Assembly (NCBI GenBank): GCA_040954595.2
Contig: CM082596.2
Coordinates: 6,460,791-6,524,790 of the forward strand
Length of the DNA stretch: 64,000 nucleotides
Direction: 5' to 3'
Source: Balanoglossus misakiensis
Lineage: Eukaryota; Animalia; Hemichordata
This document shows, one piece after another, positions 40,782 to 54,526 of the stretch; position 1 is the stretch's first letter, and every line of letters begins with the position of its first letter. Position numbers and translations under genes: made by a program. The notes below the pieces were generated by a model, which ran no database searches, was not told where the DNA came from, and saw only the letters and a program-made list of their open reading frames with translations.

Positions 40782-43700
40782 ATGATTGGCAAATATGACT
40801 TAATAACAAGAAGGAAGATATCGTTTTTCTTGAGTCATTTCATTGTGTGTCTGTATTTCTTTGTCCAGAGCCCGAATGCATACACACACCAAGAATCAAT
40901 GAGTGAATTGCAGGGCAAATGTCGTTGTATTGTAGTTTGATCAAAAAAGAGCAACTGTGACGAACATTATCGAACTTCAGAGTTACATTGGTCATACTAA
41001 AATGTAATTATACTAGGCATACTGATTACCAGCTCATTTATATCATTGCCAAAACAATAATTACACAGATTTATTTCAAACGCACATCTTTCACAGTTAT
41101 TGTGGTTATTGTAACAAGAACAAAGTTTGTCATTTCACTTTGAAATGGTGAAATAAAAGCTATGTTTTTTTAGATGGTGAACAGTGGTTTGTGGACAATC
41201 CTGCATAGTACCTCAACTCTTTAACTTTATTTGCAAGACTTTTGATATTGTTGATATCTAGCAACTTGAATGGACTGACGTGCAGACGGCAGCCGCATCA
41301 GCCTTGTGCAAGACCACATGGGTTAACTTAATATATAATTGAATGGTAGACAAACGTGCATACAGTCTACCACATTAACACGAAATGTTCACTCTTAGGC
41401 GAGAACCAAGGACTGAAGAGAACCCACTTTCAGAAGTTGGAACATCACACGCAGCTGCTGAGGGGGTCGTCTACCGAACCCATTGTGCAAGGACTCTAAG
41501 CTTATGTAACGGCTGCATTGAACTTTGAATACTCAGGTTATATGGCTAAGTTAAAGAAATCTCTCTTTTTGGTACACACACAATTTACGTTTTGTGCAAT
41601 TTTGCATATTCACATTTGGGTGGACTTGTCTTTGGTGAAATTTCTAGATACTCATGGCCGGTTTGTTCGGTTGGGTTCTGTGTGTCTTAACGTTGAAATG
41701 AAGTGGACACACGGACAACGCAAGCAGTCTCGGTTCAACCACGGACAGCAAGCTGCTGTACATAGTCCGTGATCCCACGAGGGTGGTACTTGTTCAAAGA
41801 AACAATATTCCTGTAATTCCCTCTATATAGTGGAATTAAAAATGCAAACGGAAGAGGCAGGGCTATTTCAGTTGTCGTATAGACGTTTGGGGGGCATTTG
41901 CGCAAAAGCGTGAGTTGCATAGTCAAAACGTTGACCTCCGCAGTGTATATTTTGGCTGCCATTTTTAATCTCGCCGTGTAAATGTTATCGTGGATGTCAG
42001 GAGATATATATATAAATAGATATATAGTGATAAATGGCTGTGTTTGGAAGAATGGCTAAGAAACTGTCAGATTGGTGCCTTCAATGGAGTAGAGCTCACC
42101 AGGGTTGCCTAACACGCACAGGAATGAAAATTGCCAACTGCTGTTCACACTTCATACAGTACCAATGCTATGCTACTCAGCATAGTCTGCTCACGCTTGC
42201 TCAGATCCAGAAAACTCGTCCGATGTCTGGCTTCGGCCGTCGTTAATCACGTTCGCGACCGACTTGTCTGTCCATATATCAGTGAGGTGATCTGTTACTG
42301 CCTGGCCGCGCCGACCCCCGCCTGGTCAGTGTACGCCGAGAAAAGTGCGACCACGGGTTCACGCTGGAAATAAGGTCCTTGCAAACCGCGGGGGGCGAGG
42401 CCTTGCCCTTCGACGTAACAACAAGGAGCTGCATGCTAATCGAGCTTTTTTAACACAAACACCATTATGCAATAACCGGGTGCAATGCCCTTTTAACGGG
42501 GTGACTTGGTTCCCGATACTCAGTCTGGCGGCGTGTAATCTTCAGGTGACTCATCGGCCAAATTGGCAAACACTAAAATCTGAAATATCGAGGCAGGGGG
42601 ATCTCTCCTGTGCGCGCTTCTTGCCAGGGACAATTGAGGCCAATTTATACCAACTGCCGAATGAAGTTGAAGCCTCGGACAATAAAGCTTAGCAAAGGGA
42701 GCTTCCAGACTGCAACACCACTTTCCTAACTATATCCGCTGTGAGAGATACCACGTACTCCCCATGAGTGTCCTCAACAAACCACCTGACACTGGGCATC
42801 ATTAGACCAGACCAAGGCTAGAACAAACACTGCGGTTGTAATTGTCTCAGGAAGGACTTCTGAGACATTTGTCCGGGCCGATAGACACCTTTGTGTTTTA
42901 CTTTTGCAAAAATTGACAGGTTATACTGTATTTTGCGATGATAGACCTTGCAATGTGACCACGTGAACTGATGACTGCTGGGGAATTCCACATTCAACTC
43001 TGGTGCCACCCCGACAGTACGGTGAACCCCTGCCCGTTTCCGCAAACGTTGACGTAATATGACCGGGTTATTTTTGCCACTCGGTGCCAAAGCATCTGCC
43101 GGGCACGTGGGTGATACGTGACATGCTCCTCGGGGAGGCTTTTGTTTGCATCAGACATGGGCAGCCTGCCGGTTGACAGAGTGCCCGCCCCGTAAACTGG
43201 CAAGGACGGAAACCCTGGCCGTCCACGAGGTGTGTTTCTCGATTTATGCACGGTGGCGAACAGACGGCTCTTTGTCTACACAGAACTCGTGTTTATTTAA
43301 CAGCGACATTTGGTATTAAACACATATTCACATAGACGATCTAAGAAATCGTGCGGAGTCTTTTTTTGGCAATCAAAGCTTGCTGTGTTGTGATCTGCTG
43401 CACACAGGTGCCACCTCTATGTATCAAGGGGTATACATGGTCATCTTCACACACAGTTCAAAATCAGTACGAATCTCAATGTATACACATATCCAACTCT
43501 TATGATAACCACTCAAGAATATTGTCTGGTTTGGGTACACAAAGTCCTCACCAGGGATTTTTGAGTTCCGTACATGGATGGGGGGGGGTGGCCAGGGTGA
43601 ATTATGGGAAACCCGTCCTTGAGAAAGGGCCTCATTTTTCAAACCTGTCGAAAGGGGCGGTAACAATATGCATTTGCATAGGGATTCTATTATCGTGAAG

Positions 43701-45627
43701 TCCGTCGTGTATACCACGAAGTGAAAATGTTTTCCTTGGCCAAGCCAATAGCACGTTCACTTTCTGTTAGAACATTGTTTCCACAGTACAAGGAGTTTCG
43801 GGTCATGTTTTTAGGTGACGTCCGGAACCTGCTTTGTGAAGATTTTCCAAGCGTGCACTGGTCGGCGTCGCCCCCCCCCCCCAGTTCTCACAGAAGTGGT
43901 GTGCTTTTTTGCGAAAATGGGTAAAAAATTAAGTGACTTACGCAACCTTGAACATGTAGTATATGCCATTGGTGACTCTGTCCCGTTGCTCCACATATTG
44001 GCAAACTCGTCCAATGATCGCTTGTCATAGTGTCCACACCATCTAACTTTTATGTTGACATTTTTTGTTGTTGTTTGCGTTGTTTTTTTCTGCTGTATTT
44101 GTCAAACAAATCCTCACTGATGGCATTGGTGATACATGGCGGCTGCCACGTGTGGGGCAGGGACCACTCACTATTTTCGAAACACCTGACATCGCCTCTC
44201 GCATTGGTTATTTCACCAAAGGTGAACGTGTATACATGTGTCTCTATTTCACCGGTTTGGCTTTGTTATCTGTAGTTTGCTTAAGCGGGCCCCCATCCCC
44301 TACGTCATTCACGATAAGAAATGAATGTAGCTTTGGAGACTTGCAGTGTCACAAATACTACGGTCTCGGCGCGTAATTCTCCCGTACCGAAAGGGTATCT
44401 CGTGATGATATGCTAATTACAACTTGTAAAGCGGCTTTACCGCGTCTCTCCCCCCCCCCCGCAATCGACCTTCACCGACCTTTTTCTCACAGATACAGAG
44501 AACAAATATCGCCTTTATCGCGGCCACAAGATCACCATTCACGGCTTTGTACCGGAGACTGTCAGGTGTAACCTCAGAGTATCCATAAAACACAAATAAA
44601 AAACGAGAAAAACTGATGACTGAGCCACGTTGTGTAATAAACGACACATTTTAGCGGAACGCGACATTTTTTTTTCATATTTAGATTGTTAGATCTATAT
44701 ATAGACACTGCATTGACAAGTCTTGTATACCTGTTAGGTAATGTTTGCTGCTTTGGACAATGTGTTTCCCTTCTTGGGTATGTCTTTTACGCATGCGCTG
44801 TGTTCAAACGTCCTTACCCCTTTCAAAGTGTGCCAGATTTGTTTTCGCAGAATCTCTCTTCAAGGCTCTCAAACTGTTTTTTTTCTTTTCAATCAGTGCA
44901 TTAAAAGGGGCACTGAACAACTAGCACGACCTCTGTTATTTCTATCTGGGAAATGAAAACGCACTACGTATGATGGAGGGTAAGTTTGGCACATCACCCG
45001 ACAAACTGCGTCTGCGGTATCATCGCTGTATGGGTTACAGAACGTATTACAGACGGGGAAATGCCATAACAAAATCAAACGGGTGACATTTTCACGGGTG
45101 ATTATTGATGGCTGGCATATAAAGCTTGCAGTTAAAATAGATACTGGTAACCAACCCTAAGCCCTGTATACTCAGTTGCAAGTTTTCATGTCGAAGGATT
45201 GAGATCGTGATTACGTAATTGTGTGTGTGCAGCCAATGGGCGCATCCGAAAGACTTCTCTCATTTACATGTTATTAAACGCTACTGTGCGCTTCACATCA
45301 TATAGACTGAATCCGTGTGTAGACGACAGAAAGTGTGAACGGTGGATGTTACGACTGGGATTCAGCGACTTGGACGATTGACAACCATTCTCGTCTTTCG
45401 TGGAGAGACGTCCGCCCAGCTTGTGGAGTGGCTGCTTGCCATTAGTGTTAATTGCTATTGCGCGGCATATGTAGGTCAGCGTGATCTCGCTGAGGAAGAT
45501 TACCTAAGATGCACCGCGACTTCGTCGGATCTTGATAACGAGCGAGTAAAGGTGTCGAGTGTTACGTATCTTGTAGCCTCGATGATTTTTTTCCTAGCGC
45601 CGAGCCACAGGAGCCTGGACAATTTTT

Positions 45628-47164
45628 AGGTCCCATTGGTATAGGCCTATATACCATGGGACCTTATGGGATGGGTTGCGTCTGTATGTATGTATGGATG
45701 GATGGATGTATGGATGTATGGATGTATGGATGTATGGATGTATGGATGTATGTCTGTATGTCCGTCCACATCAAAAACTTGAAAACCGCTGCGCGTATCA
45801 CCTCAATATTTGGTGTGTAGGTGCAGGCAGGGCTGTAGATGGGAGTTTGTCCAAACAAAGTTGCCAGGCCCAAAAATATGCAAATTAGCTGGGAAAATGT
45901 GAAATTGATCAAAACTCTGTAAGTCAACAACTACTGGTCAGATTTCTTTGAAAATTGGTATGCATGTACCTTATGTCAACCTCACACCGACCTGTAAGTG
46001 TTCAGGTGATATCATGGATGTTTTATTTTTTATGAATTTCTTAGTCTTTTTATTAAATTTATACCTTTACTTATACCTCTATGGTTAAGCTATGTCCACG
46101 TCTTACTGTGGAATTCTGGTCTGTGCAATAGTCCTGTACAGTGACTGTCTATTGGTCAGTGAGCACAATGGGGCCAAAATAAAAGGCAAATTTTTGGGCT
46201 CACCTGTAACACCTGCTTAACACATTAATTATGTGCATACCTAATTCCAGGCTAACTAATAGGGCTAGAGGTTTCGTTCTTGTGGGACATGGACCAGTAT
46301 GAGGTCAAAATTTCTTGCCCAAATTTTGGGTGACCTCAGGTGACCTTTGACCTACTTTCCTATATCTCGGCATCCAGAGCAGGTACAGACTTGGCGTTTG
46401 GAGGGTTGGGACTAAAATTGAAAAGCCAAAATTGGGGGTCACCTGTGACACCTGCATATCTCATTAATTATGTGCATACCTAATTCCAGGCTAACCAATA
46501 AGGCTATAGGTTTGGTTTTTGTTGAACATGGACCAGTATAGGGTCAAAATTTCTTGCCAAAATTTTGCATGACCTCAGGTGACCTTTGACCTACATTACC
46601 ATATCTTGGCATCCAGAGCAGGTACAGACTTGGCGTTTGGAGGGTTGGCACTAAAATTGAAAAGCCAAAATTGGGGGCCACCTGTGACACCTGCATATCT
46701 CATTAATTATGTGCATACCTAATTCCAGGCTAACCAATAAGGCTATAGGTTTGGTTTTTATTGAACATGGACCAGTATAAGGTCAAAATTTCTTGGCCAA
46801 ATTTTGCATGACCTCAGGTGACCTTTGACCTACTTTATCATATCTTGGCATCCAGAGCAGGTACAGACTTTGGGTTTGGAGGGTTGGGACTAAAATTGAA
46901 AAGCAACAATTGGGGGTCACCTGTGACACCTGCGTATCTCATTAATTATGTGCATACCTAATTCCAGGCTAACCAATAGGGCTATAGGTTTGGTTTTTGT
47001 TGAACATGGACCAGTATAGGGTCAAAATTTCTTGCCCAAATTTTGCATGACCTCAGGTGACCTTTGACCTACTTTTCCATATCTTGGCATCCAGAGCAGA
47101 TATGCTTATTGCTATGTTGCTATGTGCTATGTCCTCAAATGGGACCACAGTGTCCTTGACGCTA
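45628..47164 (+). mobile_element. Non-autonomous Helentron-associated element (HINE/DINE-1-like)
   Basis: Starts after a T run with subTIR GGTCCCATT, which is part of a 5' inverted repeat (ggtcccattggtataggcctatataccatgggacc). Then a (TGTA/TGGA)n microsatellite, a core, ~4 tandem ~240-bp units, the 3' subTIR AATGGGACC, a short hairpin (agtgtc-ctt-gacgct) and a T run. This order matches the HINE/DINE-1 architecture. Confidence 0.75.
46170..47099. repeat. ~240-bp tandem repeat, ~4 copies, internal to the HINE-like element
   Basis: cacctgt(a/g)acacctgc...attaattatgtgcatacctaattccaggctaac recurs at ~46201, 46440, 46679 and 46918. Confidence 0.95.
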
Positions 47165-47883
47165 TTTTTTTACGACGTTGCGAGGTCGGTGAACTCCCGG
47201 GCTCAGAGGAGAAGGGCGCAACTTCTTCGTCTTCTTCGCAGACTTCGGCTTCCGCTGTATACGCATTGAAAAACAATCAAAGCAACTTCTGGCAGAATTT
47301 TAATTCATCTTTTTTAACTTTGTGAAACGTTCCTTGAAGTTGGCAGGTTCCTATAGTGCAACAGTCGCACCGCAATGACTTGCTGTTCACGAAAGCGGTC
47401 ACCACCCTACTTCAACGGTGATATAGGGGACGATCGTTAAACGCGGACGAGGCTCGGTTAGTACTAACAGTATGGCCATGTGTGGCCGAGATTAGAAGGG
47501 AAGCACCCGTTAAGCTTAATTTTCCGTAATAAGCTAGTATTGCCTTTCCCTTGTAGGATAGAGATCAACGGTGTCTATGAACTTGGTCTAAGATTTGGCC
47601 TTTAATGATTACGAAATCCAGAAAAAATAACCAATGCACGTGGGCGTTCAAACTTACCCAGAACCACCTCTGCCTGTTTTACTTTGCGTCCCGTGATTCC
47701 GTCACCCCGCCTTCACCCCCGCGACGCGGTTACCTGGATCCGGCAAATGCTGATCGAGGGGTTTAAAAAGCGCCAGCACCCAGGCGCAGCGCAGTCAGAA
47801 TTGAACAGTCGTTCATCGACCTACATAGCACAGACTTCTGAGAGAGCAACGTTGAACCTATACAAGGACAGTCAGGTACGAGG

Positions 47884-50800
47884 ATGTGGTCTACCCTGTA
47901 CGACGCGTGCACGAGCCGCGCGGTGTCGATCGCCGGCGGAGTCGACTTCGTCACGACGGCGTTGGCGTTGGCGGTGTTCGTGCTTCTCTACAAAATCGTG
48001 TTCCCGGCCCGGCCGGCCGGGTTCCCGCCGGGGCCCGACGGTTTGCCGATCGTGGGATGCGTGTTCGACATTCTGCTGAGCAATCCGTTCGCCGCTTTCA
48101 AGCGCTATGCCGAAGAGTACGGAGACGTGTTTAGCGTTAAGGTGAGAGAAAGAGAGAGTGTTTGTGTGCGTGCGTGCGTGTGTGTGTGTGGAAATGTGCG
48201 TATTTTCCTAATTCGAGCAAACTTCCAACCAACCGGGCTGTTAATGTTTTTTTTTCTCTCTCTCTCCCTCTTAAATTAACGTTGCCTCCATTTTTGCGTG
48301 AGGAGCGCCCCCCCCCCAACATAAAGCAACGGTGTAGCTATAGGGATCGCAATAAAGCTGTCTTTCAGGAAAACAATCACCAGCTTTAAATTTCTGAGAG
48401 GAATTCGGCTGTATGCATTGTTCGTTGCGTTTCGTTGTTTTTCAAATGCGTGTTCAAGCCGATCATTATTGCGTTGAGCATGTGAATATTGCGCACGTGT
48501 TTGAAGAGGGGTGCGTGATGCATGCATTGATTGCTGAATATCCCAATAATTGGCTTATAGCCATGCTACCCATATAGGAGCCCGCCTGAAACTGCAAGTA
48601 GGCTAGCCAACCTATTTCCACGGGAGATTTTAGGCGGTAATGACCGACTTTATTGGTCCGTTGGTTAATCCACTATACTTTATCCAGTTAGCAGCTAAGC
48701 TGTGGTGTCTTATTCGGTTTATCAGGACGATAGTCGATCGGCTCTTGGCCGCAAAAGTGCAAGTATCGCTTGTTAGCGCAAAATATAATCCATAAGTGCT
48801 TTGCGCAGCAGGCCTAGGCAGATGACAATGCCAAACGTTGAAGACTGATATGTCGTTGGGTGAGAATGCGCGAGAGGGCGATCATCCTCTCTCGTCTGAG
48901 AAGTTACAACAGTTTCGGTCTTCCAACAAATTGAAAAGTGCAGTCCGATGCGAACATAGAGAACTTAAAGTATAGAGTCTCAACTCTTCGTTTTCCAAAT
49001 TTCTCCGACCCATGTTTACGCATGTTATTTTTGTTTATTTGTCTATTGGTGCTTCATTTGTCCTTCACCTTCCCCGTTCAACTCGTTGCCTCCCAAATCG
49101 ACATGAACTTTTCGCGACGGCCAACCAGAGCGAGGCACCCCGTAATGTTGTTAGGCGAACGAGGGCGTAAAGCGGTACTGAGCTCACTCAGGCTTGGCTG
49201 GCGGAGACTGGACGCGTTAAGGGTTTTTCCCCTGCCGTCCAGTCATTTCTCTTTTGTTTTACGAGGGGCCCGGGGGGGGGGGGGCAAAAGTATTTATCCC
49301 ACTCCGTGTTGCCTCTATAAATTGGTCAGATACGCGTTTTATTAAGATTACCAACTGCCGTAGTTGGCGCACACGGCAATCGCAGCACGCACACATCTCT
49401 ATGTGTGACGGAGAAAGGGGAGGGTATCGATATCTCAAGAAAAGTACCTCAGATTTCAACCTAATTTCGAAACTTCCGACTTGCCGTGGTCGCCGTCTAC
49501 TTTCCAGAAAGTATTTTCATTTGTTTTTTTCCTGGGTTGAAAATGCATGATGATTAATGCAGTGGTCACCGTCATGAGCAAAAATCGTCGTGCAGCCCGT
49601 TCGTTCACGGTCGCAGACATACAGTTTATTTTTGTACGTTTATTTTTAGGCCAGGTGCGCACAAAAGACTCCTTCCCAGGCACGGAAAAAAATACCTGCA
49701 TTTTCGGTTACGTGCTACGCAGCACACTCGGCAACTATCTAGGTCGCGACGAACAAAGTGGGCCAGTCGACAGTCTACCCCACGTACCGTTCTACTATTG
49801 CTGGACACCGTTTCTCCGAACTTGATACGCGAGACAAGAACGCCACAGTGTAGACGGTCACGGTCACGCCGTAACCAATTCACGGATTGACCGTCGTGTG
49901 CATGCGCGCTGAATAGCAACGCCACCGTCGAAGACACCTGGAATTTTCATTCTCGCCCAAGCTTTATCTATTCTTTCCTCAAATTTTGTTCAAAATCTGC
50001 AGACAATGGAAAATTGTGTCCACTTGGTCTAAAATTAAATGGGAAGGGATAGAGAAAATTGGATGAAAATGTTGAAATGTGGTTAATTTGTGGTGTACGT
50101 CTGACAGTTTATTCTATTCTTCTCGTTCATCAGCTGGGGCCGATCTACGTGGTGGTGTGCCGTGGTATTCGAGCGAACAGAGAGGTGTTATCTGAGAGTG
50201 GCGACGACTTCGCCGGGCGTCCCGATATGTTCATCAAGTCTTTCGGAGCCGGAGGCAAAGGTGGGTGTCGTGACTTTTCTGGGGGCACGACAGTTATGGG
50301 ACTGTCCATTTATCCACCTGGGGGATAGTTGGAGTTCTCCCCAGAAGCGCCTGAAAGCACCAGATGGATCTATGGGCAATCGAGAAACCATGCAACGAAA
50401 CTTTTTAAATTAGAATACAAAGTGAAAGAAATGTGTTAAAACTGGCCAATTTTAAAAGATGCAGCCCATACAGAAATAAAAGTCCATGTTTGGTCGTCTT
50501 ATTCCCGTGTTAGGTGTGATTACGAGGCCTTACGACAGGCACCTTCCAGAGCAGAAGAAATTCGCCCTGAGGTGCATCAAGTGTTTTGGTTTGGAGGGCG
50601 ACTCGATGGAGAAGCGAATTCAACTCGAAGCGGGCGCCCTCGTGGACGATCTACAGGCTCTGGAGAAAGGGAAACCCGTGGACATCGCCCACCACCTGCA
50701 GTGCGGCACCTGCAACGTCATGTGCTCGGTGGCCTTCAGCAAGCGGTTCAGACACACCGACCCGACGTTCATCTACCTGCTGGGCCACCTGAACGAGCAG

Positions 50801-52061
50801 TTCAACACGAACCCCTTCCAGTTCCTGCTGCAGCTCGCCCGCTTCCTCCCCCGGTGCGTGCGCAAGCGGCTGCCGGAGATCGATCTGGCGTCGCCGACGG
50901 AGAAGATCATCCGCTACCTCGACGAGGTCGTGGAGGAGCACAGGAAGAACTACGACCCCGACCACCTGAGGGACATCGTGGACGCCTTCTTCGACAGGCA
51001 AGAGAAGTACCGCGCGGGGTTTTACGAGAACGCCAGGGAGTCGAACGAGTCGTTCACCGATGATGAGCAGCTGACGTATCTGCTGCTCGACTTCTTCTTG
51101 GCCGGAACCGAAACCACGGCCACGACGCTGAACTGGGCGATCCTGTACATGATACGCTACCCGAGTGTACAGAAGAGAATTCAGGAGGAGCTGGACCTGA
51201 TATACGGAAAAGGTAAAATCTGCCCTCCTCCCTCCTCCTCCTCCTCCCCCCCACCACCATGATGAGTCACACATAAGACCACTGTTCAACTTCATTTTGT
51301 GTGAACAATTCTTTTATAATCATGTTCGTGTTCTCACCTGTAGCGTATACTCACATGGCATTTTCTATTGTTTTTATTTTCTGACACAGAAGCAAACGTA
51401 TTGCCCGCTCTGAGGGACAAGGCCCGACTAACGTACACCTGTGCCACGTTGCTGGAGATCCAGCGAATACGCCCGGTGGCGCCCCTGGGCACCCCGCACA
51501 GTGCTACGAGAGACGCCAATCTGAGCGGCTACCAGGTCCCCAAAGGCTCCACCGTCATCAACGACCTGTGGTCCATTCACATGGACGAGGCATTCTGGGA
51601 GAAGCCGGACCACTTCGATCCGACCCGGATGATGAGTGCAGACAATGACGTCATCAGGCCCGTCTCGTTTCTGCCCTTTTCCATGGGTAAGACTGTTTAT
51701 TTTAGATGCGTATTTATGATGGAATTGTTTACGAATCCGCGTAGCTGTATATCTCCATGAGTACACCGGTATTATGGTCTGCATCAATACATGTATTGCT
51801 TGCCTCCAAGGTCTTGTCTAACTGTCTCTTGCATATTGTAAAACACTGTACAGTAAACCGACTCTTCCTTTGTTTTCAGGATCGAGGGAGTGTCTTGGGA
51901 AAGAACTGGCCAAATCAGAGCTGTTTCTTTTCTTCACGACGCTGATGCATCGCTTCGAGTTTTCCGTTCCGGACGGAGAGGCCCCGCCGACGGATGAACC
52001 TCACTTTGGCATTTCGTTGACGCCAAAGCGCTACAAAGTGATCGTCAAAAATAGATTCTGA
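47884..52061 (+). CDS. Cytochrome P450, clan 2 (CYP2-like), copy 2; 5 exons, ~520 aa
   Basis: Exons 47884-48141, 50134-50260, 50514-51212, 51390-51686 and 51880-52061. Motifs: PPGPDGLPIVG, FAGRP, AGTETT, EIQR, heme motif FSMGSRECLGKELA. Intron positions are the same as copy 1. Confidence 0.95.
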
Positions 52062-54526
52062 AGTTTCCGACTGAAATAGACGGTCTTTTCAGGAGAGGGT
52101 TGCTCGCCAGTGGTTAGTTACATGTATAATGAAAATGGCCGCCATCAGGCTGCGTTCATAAACACGTCTCGGGGAGGGGTCATTGGCAGGAACAATTTGA
52201 CAGCATATCCAGGGGTACTCTCCGATATGCCACATTGACTCTACAACCACAAGAGAGACCAACTACTTTACTAATTACGATTTTAGTTTTCTTCACCCCC
52301 ACCACCGAAGTTTTTAAATGTTTAAATACTCGCAACTTAACAAGCGAGTAGCATTTGGTCAATTTTAAAAGTGTCTGATTTAGTGGTCTTGTAGACGATC
52401 CGTCGCAAGTGTGAGCAATATTGCGAAACAATCACACCGCGCAGACCAGTTCAGGTATTTCGGGCCATTTACAAGTGTTTTGAATTTCGTTTATGTGTGT
52501 GAATCGCCAACTTTGGTGAAATACGTTCAAATCTAGTTGTTTTGAGGAGCGAAATATTAATCTAATGTAATTTTTAGTTTGGAGTTAAGCTTTGCTCTAA
52601 ATATGTTAATTCAAGATGGCTACGAGGGGCACCTTGATGGCCTACATTTTAAAGAAGTTTTTGATTTTTGATATTCAAGCCATTTATCGTGTCAAATCAT
52701 TTAGAGACTTGAGGAAATAATTTCTACCAGTATACTACCAAGAACTATTAACAAAAACAAGAAATTTTTATTTTTAAACATTTCAGTACTGTAATATATT
52801 TATCAGGATTTTTACAGACGAGAGAGAATTTTCTGTATATAATTTTAAACAGAAACGTTTGGAAATATATGTCATTGTATTATACAAGTCCAAAGCTTGC
52901 CTGTGTGATTTCTTCCAGTAATGACATAGGAGGCCTACATTCGTTCGACCATGCAACATGCTACAGATACGATAGTGACCTCAGCGGAGTATGATTCTAT
53001 TGAAAGACGACAAGGTTTTTCATGACAATTTACTGCTGATTTGCATATTTTGTCCTTACGCGACAACACACATCTGGTACATCACATTCCTAACACGCTC
53101 CGCCTTGTTATACATTTGTATTTGGACGGAATGGGTCCATGTTGTGAGATCCTTGCACCCTAACTCGGTCAAAGACGTGTGTCACGTGATGAACCCTACC
53201 CCGATCGATCACGGTAGTCAACATGACCTCACGGAGACAGCCCATCAACACCTTGCCAGATAAAAAAAATCACGACCCAATAAATTTTGACCCATTATCT
53301 ATCCGACTGACACACCATCTATCCATCAAAGTTCTTGTTTGTAAACATTGATCATCCGGTGACAATGACCCCTCCCCCTTCCCCATCTCCCGAAATGGAC
53401 TCGGGCCCATCGCAAGGTGAAGTTGCAGAAATACCTTTAAAAAACACATCATCGACAGTATTTCCCCACCCCCCAAAAGTGTGAGTTTTTAATTATTTGT
53501 GCGAGAATCGACCAGAAGTTAATCTGGGTCAGTGGGGGTAACCCTGTCGATGGCACAACGTCTCAAAAACATCACATGATTTTTCTAGTCACTAGAAAAA
53601 TCAGGATCAGCAAATCGCCACCATCTGCCCCAGTTTGATAAATCAATGCGTGGGTCCTGAAGTGGGATCTCTAAATTTCTCTTATTTTCTTAAAGCCCCA
53701 TTGTGTGGTACCTTTTCACATTATTTGCATAATTTTACATTCTAATGAAAGGTGTCTCACGGAAATGTGCTTACAGACAGTTGACCGTCAGGTGGTTAAT
53801 TTGGACGGGGGTTCGGTGGATTTCACCCTGTTCTTAGCATTTGACTACTACTAGTGTCACTGAAGACTGTTATTATAAAAACTACGGATATTAGCGTCAA
53901 AACAGTTTTAAAATATGTATACGAGTTGCCCCATCAAGCAAGCATCGCTGATATTGTCACCATTAAGAGCAGGACCGTTTGACATTATTGAACCAGGGCA
54001 AGGTCTTAATGCTATCGTCCTGAAACTGGTATGAACCGTGTAGTACACTGCACCAGCGGTTCGTTCACCCGCAGGTCATCATGATCTGCTGATGAAGTGG
54101 GCTGACGACCGGGCACGTCACTGCCAGTCGGGATCTATTTGCACAAGGCGGAGAAATGCAGATCATCATCTCGGTGCCCCGGTCTCACGACTCCCATAAA
54201 ATCAACCGTTCTACGTTCTTACCCCATTTTTGGTTCTACCGTTGGTGACGCACTTCTGTTTCCTCCAAGTCATTTATCCTGATGGTGACGGCTTATAACA
54301 GCCGTCAAAATAGTTTTATATTACACATTGTAACCCAAATAAAAATTAAAGCTGCAAGCAGCATTGAAGGGGTCCAAGCATAGAGATAATAACCATTAGA
54401 CTCCATTCAGGTTTGTACCATTCCAATGCGTAGGCTGGATTTGCTCTGGATGTGGAGATATGGGGAAGTAGGCAACCACCCGAAATGGATGTCCTACAAA
54501 TACAAACACAACAACCATAACATCGT

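Noticed and set aside
42960-43240. Possible HDV-like or hammerhead ribozyme in a GC-rich stretch
   Set aside because: TCCTCG and CTGATGA words are present, but the required pairings and downstream core residues could not be built.
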